DNA of 64,000 bases from Carcharhinus amblyrhynchos. Its lineage: Eukaryota. The notes under the pieces were generated by a model. It did not search any database, was not told the origin of the DNA, and saw only the letters and a list, made by a program, of their open reading frames with translations. Location of the stretch: positions 24,118,001-24,182,000 of the forward strand of contig OZ336886.1 of NCBI GenBank assembly GCA_965287045.1. Reading direction: 5' to 3'. A program made the position numbers and the translations under genes. Positions 12,319 to 24,562 of this stretch are shown one piece after another. Position 1 is the first letter of the stretch; every line of letters begins with the position of its first letter.

Positions 12319-12996
12319 TGTCCATAGATTTCTGCAGACGGAAGGGCATGTCAGTGGGGTGGTGAAAAAGTCATATAGTACACTTGCCTTTATCAATCGA
12401 GGCATAAATTACAAAGCAGGGAAGTCATATTGGAGTTGTATCAAACTTTGGTGAGGCCACAGCTAGAGTACTGTGTGCAGTTCTGGTTGCTACATTATAA
12501 GAAGGATTTGATTGCACTGGGGAGGGTGCAAAGGAAATCACTGGGATGCTGCCCGGGGTGGAACATTTAAGTTATAAAAACAGGTTGGAGAGGCTTGGGT
12601 TGTTTGTGTTGGAGCAGTGCAGACTGAGGGGTGATTACGAGGGGTGCTGACAGAGTTGATAAGGAGCAGCTGATCCCTTTAGTTGAAGGGTCAGTCACAA
12701 GGAGACATAGGTTCAAGGGAAGAAGCAGGAGTTTTAGGGGGATGTGAGGAAAAACTATTTTACTCAGAGTAGTGCTGGTCTGGAATGCGCTGCCTGGGAG
12801 GGTGGTAAAGGCAAGTTGCCTCGCATCCTCTAAAAAGCACCTGGATGAGCATTTGACATGCCATAACATTCAAGGATATGGACCAAGTGGTAAGTGGGAT
12901 TAGGTGGGAGGTCAGTTATTTCACGCATGTTTGTGCAGATTCAATGGGCTGAAGGGCCTCTTCTGCACTTGATGTTTCTAGATGATTCTATGATTT
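12319..12996 (+). mobile_element. CR1/HER1 LINE 3' fragment
   Basis: Encodes LYQTLVRPQLEYCVQFW; ends gggctgaagggcctcttctg...GATTCTATGATT. Confidence 0.95.
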
Positions 12997-14027
12997 TGCT
13001 TTTCCGTCCAAGGTGAATTTAGCCCGCTTAGTGTGGCACAGTTACAGGGCATCTCATAATGCAAAATAGTCCGATGTCTTGTTTGCAGTTGATCAAAATT
13101 ATCAGCAAGATTTGTTCCTGGCAGCTCTCATTCAATTAGCCAGTTCTGGACAAGTGTTTTCACCCAATGGCTTTATTTCCAAGTGGGACAGATTTCACAG
13201 CAACACGCAGCCCAGTGACTATTTCTAGGCAGTAAGTAGTTTGGTAACTAGACTCCCTCAGGCCTCTTGAACACTTGGGGAATGAAATTTCTATCTATAA
13301 GAGCAGAACTGACTCAGAAAATCCTTCCAGTAGGAGTACTCAGCTCAAACATCAAGTATAAGTATTTGCAATCACCAAGGGTCCTGTTGGCTGGGTAACT
13401 AGTATACAAACCCACTCTAATGGTAGAGTGCCCTAAGCAGATGGTGAGCATCTGCATGCTCCCGGGCTGTAACTACCCATACGCACTTATACAAAAGGAA
13501 GCACCAGTTCATCGATGTATTTTCCGTCTCCTTAAAGGTCATACAAATAATTGCATGCAATAAATGATGGAGAATAAAGGAAGAGAGAGCTTAAGGAGTC
13601 TTTAATAAAAATAGAGCAAGCTGAACAGCAGCACGACTGCTTTTCCACACTTGCCAGAGTGCACTTGTTTAAATACTTTAACATAAAACCACAAAGATAT
13701 CGAATTAGACAGATGCCATATGGACATAATTTAAATTGTGCAGGAGAAGAACATTAAGGAGCATATGACAACCTTTCGTGAGACAAATTGCAAACAACTC
13801 TGAGCTTCTTGGTCATCAGGTGTCGAGTGAACCTATGGAAGCCATCATAACTTTACTTCAATGCTGAGCTTCTATTACCTGGAAGCTGAAATTGTGAATA
13901 ACGACATGCCATGGCTATTTAACCAGAGCCAACACTGCACATTCACAATATTGTGTAAGGCAAGAGGAGGAAAAATCAAATGAAGAAATCGTTCACCTGA
14001 CATGATTAACGGTAATAGCCTCTGATC

Positions 14028-14480
14028 AGTGCAATGAGTGGTAGCGCTAGTGCATCTAAATCAAAAGGTCACTAACCTGAAGATGTTTAGGTTAGGTGGA
14101 TTGGCCATGATCAATGCGTGGACGTACAGGGATAGGGCAGAGGAATAGGCCTAGGTAGAGTGCTCTTTTGGAGGGTAGGTGCAGACTCGATGGGCCGAAA
14201 GGACTCCTTCTGCACCATAGGGATTCTACGGATGGATTATATGGATGGATTCAATGTTCAAGTCTTTAAACCTATGAGTTTTGAATACACAACACGTGCA
14301 GGTTGACAGCTCAGTCGTGAAGAATGCCTCCACTGAGTTAGAAGGTCCCACCTGTCCTCTTAAGTGGATTTAAAGTATTCTATTATTTGAAGAAGATCTT
14401 TGACCTGGCTGATGTTTATTTTTCAACTAACTTCATTACAATCAACTTATCTAGCCACGTGTCTTGTGGAGACATAGCTA
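14028..14480 (+). mobile_element. Degenerate DeuSINE (SacSINE1-like), interrupted by HE1
   Basis: GTGGTAGC head, gttcaagtc B-box, ...aagtggatttaaag...tatttgaagaaga Deu-domain remnants. Confidence 0.55.
14079..14245 (+). mobile_element. HE1 SINE 3' half
   Basis: ggttaggtggattggccatg...gcagactcgatgggccgaa...gggattcta. Confidence 0.85.
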
Positions 14481-14769
14481 AATGAGTATCTTCCACCTGT
14501 ACTCACTAGAAGGATTGCTGCTGATAGCACAGTGAAGGCATTGACGATTGAGGAATGAAATAAAAATAAAGAGGGGATCCTTAAAAGTTAGCAGCTTTCA
14601 AAGTGGAAAACTCACCTGATCTGGGTGGGATGGGAATGGTGCCAGAAGAGGATTGCAGTGGTGCACTCTGGAAGTCAATCAGCCAAACATCCACTGTGGG
14701 GAAACATTTAGATACAACAACTCCAGACAAATTCCTCAGTGGCCAGTATCCCTTCATCAGATTCCCTTC

Positions 14770-15053
14770 CATAGAATCGTACAGTGCAGAAGAAGGCCAT
14801 TCAGCCCATCAAATCCCATCCAGGCCCTATCCCCATAACTCCATGTATTTAACCGAGCTAGACCCCTGGCACTAAGGAACAATTTAGCACGGCCAATCCA
14901 CCTAACCTGCACATCTTTGAAATGTGGGAAGAAACCGGAACACCCAGAGGAAACCCAAGCAGACACGGGGAGGATGTGCAAACTCCACACAGATGGTGAC
15001 CCAAACCAGGAATTGAACCCGAGTCCCTGGCACTGTGAGGCAGTAGCTGTGCC
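14770..15053 (-). mobile_element. HE1 V-SINE
   Basis: Reverse tRNA head (GGGTTCAATTCC B-box), V-domain and CR1-type tail. Confidence 0.92.
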
Positions 15054-15721
15054 TGCATGATGGTGCAGTCATTTACAAACTTACCCCTATTCCGAACAGT
15101 GCAAAGTCAGAGTCTGGAGTGACAGTAGATCTGAGACAATAGGATGGATGAGTTAACTCAGTAAAGATGGAAACCCACCAGAACACACCTACTTCCAGTT
15201 TAGCTGTGGTAGATGTGGAGGCAGCTGGGGAGACTGGTGCACTGTAATATTTAATTGAGGTTCAATTCCTTGGACTTGGAAATTTAAAGCTGTGTGCAGT
15301 TCAGCAAACTAAACAGCTACAGGGAGCCTGAAGTTGGCAGATCTAGCCTGTAATGCTTTCTCATCATTGCTTCTGCCAGGGTATTTCCATTCTTAATCTC
15401 TCTGCCCCCCCGCACATATTGTTTCTCCATTCCTGCAATAGCACCCTTCCCGCGACTGGCTGACCCATCCAGAACAAAAATTCTGCCCTCACCCATGCCA
15501 TAATCTTCTCTAACTGCAGAAAGAACTGTTCCAGCAGTGTCTGAACACGGCTTTCTACCAGAGGCTTTCCTACCCAGCAATCAGCCAACCATATGTTCTG
15601 ACCCAGAAATGGCGTTAATAAAGGACTGATGAGGATCAATCAGGCCCACAATGTTCCTGCAGTTCATGGTTTTTCCCTGGATAATGGATACTTCTGCTCT
15701 CTCCTTGCCATACCTCCCAGT

Positions 15722-16305
15722 AAATACTGGGACTATAAAATATGAAAACAAGGAAGTTATGCTAAATCGTTATAACTTAAGGCCCCAACAATGTTTAATC
15801 CCAGGCATTATACATTAAAGAGGATGTCAAAGCCTTTGAGAGGATGGAGCGTGGATCTGAGAATGCTACCAGGTAATTCAGTTATATGGAGAGACTCAAG
15901 GAATTGGAACAATTCCGCATGGAAAATTTAGGGAAGATTTGATAGAGCTGTTCAAAGTCATGAAGGATTTGGATAAAGTAAATAAGGAGAAACTGTTTCT
16001 AGTCATAGAAGGGATCAGTAACCAAAGGAAACAGAATTAAGTATCCAAAAGAAGTAGCGTGGAGATGGAAGTGTTTTTTAGGCAGCAGGTTGCTGCGATC
16101 TACAATGTAGTGCCCGAAAGTGATGGAAGCCATTTTTATCACAACTTTCACAAGGAAATTAGATGAAAGCTTGAATAGGAAAGATATGCAGGGCTATAGG
16201 GAAAGAATTAGGAGATTGGACGAAGTGAAAGCTCTTCAAAAGAGCTAGCAAGGGTACAATGAGCCAGCTGACCTCCTGTATTGTATTGTTCTATGATTAT
16301 ATGAA
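15722..16305 (+). mobile_element. Old CR1 LINE 3' fragment
   Basis: gatttgatagagctgttcaaagtcatgaagg...aataaggagaaactgttt; tail TTCTATGATT. Confidence 0.85.
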
Positions 16306-16699
16306 TCTTTCCTGTTGGATCGTTAATCCAAGGTTTTATGACATTATTTTGGCAGATGTAAAACCTACTTGCATAAATAAATCTCCGATGGAAGTCAAAA
16401 GTATATATTTTGGAGATGCATCAATTATTTGAGGGTTTATTTATAGTTTCTGTAGATTGCACATATTTTGAAGGATACTTGCAATGTAATTGGCAAAAAA
16501 ATGATAGGTTGGAATCAGCCCAACAGCAAACGTGACGACGATAAACTCTTTCAGAAAGTGACAATGCTCTTTTTCAAGAATGGCAGCCACATAATGACAA
16601 TGATCATTACAGAATATATGTGGAACCATTAATAGTTACAACTGGAATTATGTAGGTTCAGATTTTCATTCCAACAGAGAGCATCTCTAGTGAAAATCC

Positions 16700-17570
16700 C
16701 AAACATGGTAGAATTTTTTAAGACCCTCACCTTCCCAAAAAAACCTGATATTTCCCATCTTCATGGAGGTGGGACTGGGATCAGGCTGGGGTTTTGCACA
16801 AGCATGAGTCGTGAGGGCAGCTGGTCATTTAAATCACCAGGAGCCTTCACTGGCTTCAGAATTTTGAATCCTAGCTGCGTGAATCATAGAGTGTATAGAG
16901 CAGACCAGATAAGAGGAGGCCTGAAGTTGAATAGCCAGAGTATCCCTTTGGAGAAACAAGGCACCCCTTGGGATAGGGTCCTGCAGCACATTTGGGACGC
17001 ATCAGGCACCTTTGGGGATTGTTTGAACGGAACATGATTATCTGCTTTTTTTATGCACAAACTCATTGGAACAGTCCAGCTGTCAAGAGGCTGTCCATCT
17101 GCCTAGGAGCTGTCAAACCATCATGGAACTTTCAAGGAACTGCCCAGCTGTCCTGGAAGTGTCAAATCTGTCAAGGATGTGTCCAAAGATACTAAGTGAG
17201 TTGGCATGGAGAGGGTCAGAGAAACGGGTATTATGTGGGAGGCCATGAGTTTGCAATGAATTGACACTAAGTTGTCACAGATATGATGGGTATTAAGGTG
17301 GGAAGAGGGGCATGAGTTGGCATAAGTTGGCATGACTGGTACATAGGGAGAGTTTGGGGTGATGAGAGATAAGAGCTAGAGGGATGTTTTTTGTCTTGTT
17401 TTTTAGATTTCGATAAAAAGAAACTTATTTCAGTTGACTCCGGACCTTCCGCACCTGGACCAAAAATTCCAAGCTAAGGGTATACATTTTTAAAGGTCTG
17501 GTGTGCTTAGCTGGGAAATCTCTTGACTCTGTGCACCTAAGAGACAAAATTCTAGGCTCAAAATTTAGCC
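16700..17570. mobile_element. Long non-autonomous DNA element (Harbinger-like)
   Basis: GGTAGAATTTT start, GCTGTCAA clusters, GAGTTGGCAT repeats, AAAATTTAGCC end. Confidence 0.5.
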
Positions 17571-17977
17571 TTAAAGATTGCTTAATTGACATTTTCTGTA
17601 TGAACACAGATATGGACTATTGACTAGCCATACAACATCTTACCTGCTGTAAACTTTTGACCCATGTGTGTCAGTCCTTTTTAGCTTACCATCGCACTTT
17701 AAACATGAGCAGGATTCTCTTCTTTCTCTCATAACCAGCAGGCTAAAGCTAGAAAGCTTGCATGGATTATTTAAATTATTCAACCTTGATAAATAGCTCT
17801 TGAAGGACAGATGTGCGCGTCACTTACTTTGAGCTGGTCCCAGCCTTTCTGCAGTGGTGCAAGCTGATTAGATGGTTTTCATAATTGTGAATCATATTTC
17901 ATTATTCCAAATATTGGCTTCAGTCTTCTGGATTTTCCATCTGCACCAGCAATTAAACTGAAGTTAGTCTAGCTCAT

Positions 17978-18425
17978 ATAGAATCATACAATCCTTACAG
18001 TGCAGTAGGAGGCCATTCGGCCTATTGAGACTGCACTGACAACAATTCCCACCCAGGTACTAGTGTAAACCCCATGTATTTAACCTACTAATCCCTCTGA
18101 CACACTAAGGGGCAATTTACCATGGCCAATCAACCTAACCCATATATCCATGATGGTTTGACAGCTCCTAGGCAGATGGACAGCCTCTTGACAGCTGGAC
18201 TGTTCCAATGAGTTTGTGCATAAAAAAGCAGATAATCATGTTCAGCTCAAACAATCCCCAAAGGTGCCTGAGTGTGGGAGGGAAACAGAACAGCCAGGAG
18301 AAACCCGCACAGACACGGAGAGAATGTGCAAACACCACACAGGCAGTCACCTGAGACCAGAATTGTACCTGGGTCCTTGGTGCTGTGAGGCAGTAACAGT
18401 GCTAACCACTGTGCCACCATGCCAC
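17978..18425 (-). mobile_element. HE1 V-SINE carrying a 125-bp foreign insert
   Basis: Complete head-to-tail HE1 on the minus strand, broken at 18147-18271. Confidence 0.9.
18147..18271 (-). repeat. Inverted local duplication of 17002-17127
   Basis: Reverse-complement identity except two substitutions and one A-run length difference. Confidence 0.95.
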
Positions 18426-18439
18426 TCTGGAATGTAAAC

Positions 18440-20575
18440 ATGGAATATTTAACTCCTTCATCTTTTCCTTCCTGATCTGATGCAAAAAAGTTTGTAAAAG
18501 TTTTGCCTGTCTTGATCAGTCTGAAACAACTTGTACCAACTTTAATGTTCTTCATGACTGTAGTAAATACAATATTAGAGTTGTTTGTGCAACTTTATTG
18601 AAAACAATGTTATCTTTATTTTTATCTCTCAACTATCATTTCAAAGCTCTCTCACATTTTGGCAAAGAACCTTTCCTATATTGTTTCATGTTACTCTTTA
18701 ATTAGCAGCCATTTGTCAAATGTCTCCACTCTTTCCTTGGTTTACTCCGATAAGACCTCTGGACCTATTTGAATCAGTTCCAAAATCCTTAAAATGTGTG
18801 TTTCTATATTTGCACCTGCCCTATTCTGCCTCTTTAATCTCCCATTCTCAGTAAACTTGACTTTGCTTGATAATTTGAAGTCCGATTAATCCCATCTTTA
18901 ACAAAGTGATTCATTCTGATTGTCCATATGTCAATCATTTCGAAAACTGGATGAACTGTGAGCAATCCTGAAATTATGCATTGGTTTAAAGGTGGGAAAG
19001 TTCTTGCCTTTCAGCATGTTTCCCGCCACGTTCATCCAACAAATGGTCATGTAGCCCATGTTGAGCAAACTAAAACTCTGCTGTTAAACAAATTCAAAGA
19101 GAATGTGACTTTGCCTTGAACCTCCAAATTGTTTGGCATTTCACACCTCTGGTTTCCTATATATTCTCTCATCATGCATATTTACATTGATAGTAAAACC
19201 ATCCTGTCCGATTGGTGATCTTGTTCAATCATTCAATTGTAAGCAGCTTTTCTCTGATGATTCTATTTTACATTTATCTCCTTCCTGCATATCTCCTCTC
19301 ATGGTGCAATAACTAAATTGCTTTAGGTCTCTTCCTCCCCCTCCAAGCAGGCAATGAAAAGCAGGCACATCGAGACCTTGGCAACAGGGACATATGTGCA
19401 TCTCAAGCCCCTACTTTACCTCAGCATGCCCGTTACAGCAACTTCACATGAAGTGGCCTCCTAACTGGCTACCTCCATGTTCACTCTCAGGATAGCAAGG
19501 CAAGTTGATGATCAAGGCAGAAAGCTCAGTGAGAAGGCCCGCAGCATTTGATAGCTGGCAGTCCCATCTGGCGGAGCTGTTGAGGGAAGTAGACAAACAT
19601 GAGGGCACCTCAAAATGAAGAGGTTCTCAGATGTCTGCTGAATATGTTTTGACGAAGAAAAGCCTGGGTGTCTTGGCTCTGTGTGAAGGGGATTCTCCAT
19701 CAGAGGAATAACTGTGGTTGTGGCTGTTTCAGCAGCTGTGATATTGGGTGTAATTGAAAGGAGGGTCTGATGACTTTCTGACCTGTTGCTGAGAAGCTGA
19801 TCTATACAGTAGGGAGGTGGAGTATGGGACAATGCTTTTTGAATGGGGCCTTAATTAACATTATGGGTTGCTTACCTCCATGGAGCCAATGCCCCTTGTC
19901 AGCTGCACCTAGGAAAGTCAGCTGGAGATGGGACAGCATCAGGGAGCAAGTCGGAAACTTCAACCGTGTATATCTTCCTGTCTCTCTTAAACCCAACCAA
20001 CAGCTGCCAGCCCTTCCCCTCCTCTTCATCTGTGGTAAAATTTGTGGCCAAATCCTTTGATCTCTAATAGATCTCACTAATCTCCTGTATATTTAAAGTA
20101 AGTTTTTTGAAGAAACTTACATTTCCTCATTTATGCCAAACACTCCTCCGTCAGAAATATTCTATAAATCTCAAATCCTTCCAAAGCACAAAAGCCACTG
20201 CTGGTTGTTCCAACATCTTTCTCAGATGCCTCAACAACAAAAAAGGAAAATGTTGTTTGATAGACAGACCTTCTCTCACTTCTACTCTCCTCTTTCTCTC
20301 TCCTGGTCCATCACAGTCCTTCTTATCTATCTCTGTTTTAAGTGCTCCTCTTAAGCTTTTTATATTTTTGTTTCTCCCAAGCTCTGAGGATGCCAATTTA
20401 CATATTCTTCCCACTCTGCAAATTCCCAGTATATTGAGGAAAAAAATTAGCATCATCTCCTATTCAAACATTCTTTCTCAAGGTATCAAACTCTGGAATG
20501 CTTTCCATCACTCAATCTTTTTTTTTCTTGTACTACAGTCAAGCTTTTAAAAGTCAAACTCGTCAGCATTTAATC
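18440..20575 (+). pseudogene. Ancient CR1-group (invertebrate-like) LINE ORF2 relic, split by a DNA element
   Basis: DKTSGP..SSKILKMCVSIFAPALFCLFNL..INPIFNK (~18750-18905); FYKSQILP, LIDRPSLTSTL and SQGIKLWNAF (20160-20510). Confidence 0.65.
19325..20049. mobile_element. Harbinger-like non-autonomous element
   Basis: GC-rich body with GGCCTTAATT motif; ends GGTAAAATTTGTGGCC. Confidence 0.5.
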
Positions 20576-20623
20576 ACAACTCCCTCATTTATTTTTCTCT
20601 TTTACGCTTTCCATCATCAGTAT

Positions 20624-21064
20624 CAGTGTGGTTAAGTTTGTAGCATTTTCGCTTCTGAGTCAAAGTTTTGTTGGTTCAAATCCCCTTGACTTGAGCAATA
20701 ATCTAGGCTAGCAATCCAGTTCACTACTGAGGGAATGCTGCACTGTCAGAGGTGTTGTCTTTTGGAATAGACTTTAAACAGAGATCACTTCTACCTCCTC
20801 AGGCTGTTGTCAAAGATCCCATCGCACTATTCAAGGTAAAGTAAATTCTTTCAGTGTTCCGGTCAATATTTCTCACTCAACCAACTTCAGGAAAGATCAG
20901 ATTAAATTGATTTCATTGTCAAATCTTGTGGTGTGCAAATTGGCTGCTGCATTTCCCAACGTTACAACAGTTAGGACACTTCAAAGGTACTTCATTGAGT
21001 ATGAAGTGCTTTAGGATGTCCTGAGGTCATGAACGATGGTATTTAAATATGCATTCTTTCTTTC
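20624..21064 (+). mobile_element. DeuSINE (SacSINE1-like), near full length
   Basis: tRNA head, tactgagggaatgctgcactgtcagaggtg, aaagatcccat, gtgcaaattggctgc, L2-type tail ending TCTTTCTTTC. Confidence 0.9.
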
Positions 21065-21924
21065 AATGCTGACATCTTGGTTTCTCATTAAAGAGAAAAA
21101 AAATCAAGATTACTCTCAGAACATTAAGTACCCATTTGATTAGGACCTGATATGCCCTGATCAAGCTCAGAACTACTTAAGGAAGTATCAGCAAAATTAA
21201 CCAAAGTGTTGGGATAATTGGTTTGCAGCAGTTGTAAAATGGCAAATACTTTGCAAGTATCCCCAGATATGAAGAGCTAGTGCTGTAATACTGAGCTTGA
21301 CATGACATCGTAACACTGCAAGGGACAACTGTGTATTGTAAACAGGCCACTGATTACTGGTGGCTGCAAGAAAATGTGATTTTTTTTATTTTAGGTTTTT
21401 AGGTTGACCTGTCAGAGAATGTTTTCGTAGGTAAGATATCTTTTTCTTCATTGGGGTTGTGCTGACTAAAGTGTCAGTTACTGTTTGAAAGATTGTGCTG
21501 TGTGGTAATGATGCATAATGATAGACTAGAGTGTTTTCCTGTCCATCAGCTTGTCCCACGTATCTGCAATGTCTTCTGCACCACCATATACAGACACCAT
21601 CCCATCCCAAAGATGCATGCTTTCCTAGGAGAGACAAAAAACCAGGTTTAAGAAACACGGGGGGTGAAAATTTTCCATTTTACAAGAGCAGTCCAGATCT
21701 GTACTAGCATTTCCCAGTTCCTGCTGATTTTCTTCTATTGAGAAGAATCTGGAAAATCGGTGTCTAAAACCACTTGGGTCATCAATAATCTGAATTGCTT
21801 GTAATGCAAAGTTAGTCCTTAAATACCTTTATGCCCTTTCTACTCATTTATAGTGGTCATCAAGATTTCTTGTTCAGTTCCTTCTACCTCCTTACTACGT
21901 GTCAGTGTACCTTATATATACATA

Positions 21925-22533
21925 GTCTGGGATTTTACTGGCACATCAAGGCATCCTGCTCTTAGGGCTAAAAGCAGCTGCTAGTCCTTGAGGATGAATG
22001 ACCAAAGGATGGTATCAATTTTGTCAGTGATGGCCAATGAGGAAATTGTTACTGGAACCACCATCCAATTAATGACAGCACCACTTCTTTGAGCCGTTGG
22101 CTCACTCAGAGGTGGGTGCTGTTGAGGCTGCAGGGGGAAGAACAAGGCACCTCTACATTGAGGCAGCTACATATGAAATGCTTGGTATATACTGGGGCCA
22201 GGCAGGCAGCACTAATGGCCGGAGGAATGACCCCCTCCAGTGACAACACTGGTTCTTCACAAAGGAAGCTAGTGGACTCGCTGTGTATCAAGGGCCATTC
22301 TGGGGCTTATTAAATCCCAGCAAAGTTAGAAAATAGCGGTCGGTAGATGAATTAATTACATTAATTGACAACTCACCTCCATCAGCAGGCATACGAGCCA
22401 CTGCCATGCCTGCCTTTGATCATATCCCATGGCAGTGGGAATGTGTCAGCTTCCCTTTGGATATTTCCTGCTTCCATTTTACTAATCGCCCTGCCGCCCA
22501 GCCTGTCTCCAGATGACTGGTAAAATTCAACCC
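21925..22533. mobile_element. Harbinger-like non-autonomous element with 3-bp TSD
   Basis: TIRs GTCTGGGATTTTAC / GTAAAATTCAACCC flanked by ATA/ATA. Confidence 0.7.
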
Positions 22534-23094
22534 ATAGTTTGGGGAATGATGGGAGAGGAGAATGAATCCCATGATCATTATGTTGTTAAACTTGCCTCTT
22601 AGCAACTTGTTTGAGATGAAACTTTTCAATTATTACAAATAGGAATCAGCTTATAAAATTACCACATTTGTTGACCTCAGTTTTAACATCCAATACATAT
22701 TATCAGGTAACCAAAGGAACGCAGTGTTACATTTGCAAAATACATAAGGTATTAAGTCAACAAATATATAAAAATAAAAAAAAATCTGTAGTTTTCCAGA
22801 TCCCAGGGATCCTTTTGTTGAAATCCCAGGCTCTGGAGAGTCTTGTTTGAAGGTTTATGTCAAAGGAATTATATTACCTAATAGCAGACTTAAAAGAAAC
22901 CTTCAAAACCATTTGGTTTCTGTCTCATGGCATGCAAGGGATTCTTTTTAATTTATTAGTAGCACAGCTCCTTTACTTCTTCTACCTCAGTTTTTGCAGT
23001 AAGTCTTTCAAAATATTCCACAGACGTTTGTAAAGTTCTGAGTAACATATCCTGTGTGAGCTATCAGGTGTGGAATCATCTACTCTGAAGTCTA

Positions 23095-23812
23095 GGTTTG
23101 GTGGTGGGCATGGCAGTGGGAGTGATTTTTTTTTTTGGCGGGGTAGGGGCAACTGTTGTCCATCTGCGATCTGGTCAGTTCATTAAACATGAATCCACGT
23201 GGAGCACATGGCAGGGGCAGTGGGCAGGAAGTTGGTACTCTGCTCTTACCTCATGGGGTCAGAAGTCTGAGTGCTATATTTAAAGACAACGTTTCGAGTC
23301 TGGATGACTGTTCATCAGAGCTCTGATGAAGGGTCATCCAGACTCCAAATGTTGACTCTATTCCCTCTCCACAGATGCTTTCAGACCTGCTGAGTTTCTC
23401 CAGCATTTTCTGTTTCTGTTTCAGATTCCAGCATCCACAGCATTTTGCCTTTACTATATTTAAAGGCCAGCCTTCCATTCACTGTAGGGGAGGAGCTTCA
23501 TTGTGGCAGTCCTTTGGCACTGGGGGAGGAATGTCCGAGAGAAATCAACAATGAGTGGCCCCCATGATTCAGCAAAGATTCCGTGGAGACTCTTCCCCCA
23601 GCCCATCCGGGAAGGACAGGAGCTGCTATTTCCCAGGATGGCAACAGCAGACCCTTACGTTTGACTATAAAGGTTGCAGCAGATGTTAGAGCCAAAGGAG
23701 CCCAGCACAGAAGTGTCGACAGGAGTCGGATGGCATCTCAATGGCTCACCCCAAATTGAGCTCTCCTGCTCACCAGGCTTCCTGCTGCCGGCAGAACTGG
23801 AAACTTTCATCT
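23095..23812. mobile_element. Harbinger-like non-autonomous element hosting a Penelope insertion
   Basis: GC-rich body with ATTTAAAG core; ends GGAAACTTTCATCTCC. Confidence 0.45.
23286..23453 (+). mobile_element. Penelope-like pLTR fragment with inverted 5' segment and hammerhead cores
   Basis: CTGATGAAGGGTCATCCAGACTC..., ctctccacagatgct..cagacctgctgag; perfect 12-bp TSD CTATATTTAAAG (23274-85, 23454-65). Confidence 0.85.
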
Positions 23813-24159
23813 CCTGTATCTATGTTTTGATGAAGGTTTATGCCTATTTCAACTCCTACATTACCACGTTTTTATTTTTGAAGAAGAGAATATCTGCAAT
23901 GCTGGACTTGTCAAATGGAATGATGAAGAATAGCATTGTTAACACATTGAAAGATTTTGTATAAACTATTTGAATGAATCCTCTTTTGAATATGTAAATA
24001 TGCCATAAAATCATGACATGCTGAATTGAAAGCCTTTGAGGGGCCAAGTGTCTTACAAAACTACAGCGGTCACATATTCACTGAGAATGCACACTGGACT
24101 TGCTTATTCTTCTCAGTGACCTCCATTCAATATGGAATCCATATTGTTAACAGTCACTC

Positions 24160-24498
24160 AGAGTCTTGGATTCCCTACAGTGCAGGAGGAAGGCTGGTGG
24201 GTCCACTGTGTCTCCACTAACTCTCTGAGAGAGCACCTTAGCACCTTATCCAGATCCACACCTGCCCTATCTCCGTAACCCCATGCATTTACCATGGCTA
24301 ATCCACCTACATATTTTGGTAAACTAAAGGGCAATTTAGCATGATCAACCCACCTATCCTGCACATCTTTGGACAATGGGAGGAAACCAGAGTACCCAGG
24401 GGAAACATAGACACAGGGAGAACGTGCAACCTCCACACAGTCACCTGAGGCCGGAATTGAATTCAGGTTCCTAATGCTAACCACTGTGCTACCATACT
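24160..24498 (-). mobile_element. HE1 V-SINE
   Basis: Reverse head gctaaccactgtgctacc, V-domain, tail. Confidence 0.9.
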
Positions 24499-24562
24499 GA
24501 CAGAAAATGAAGCAAACATTTGATGCACATTGACAACAATGCTAATATTCATACATAATATA

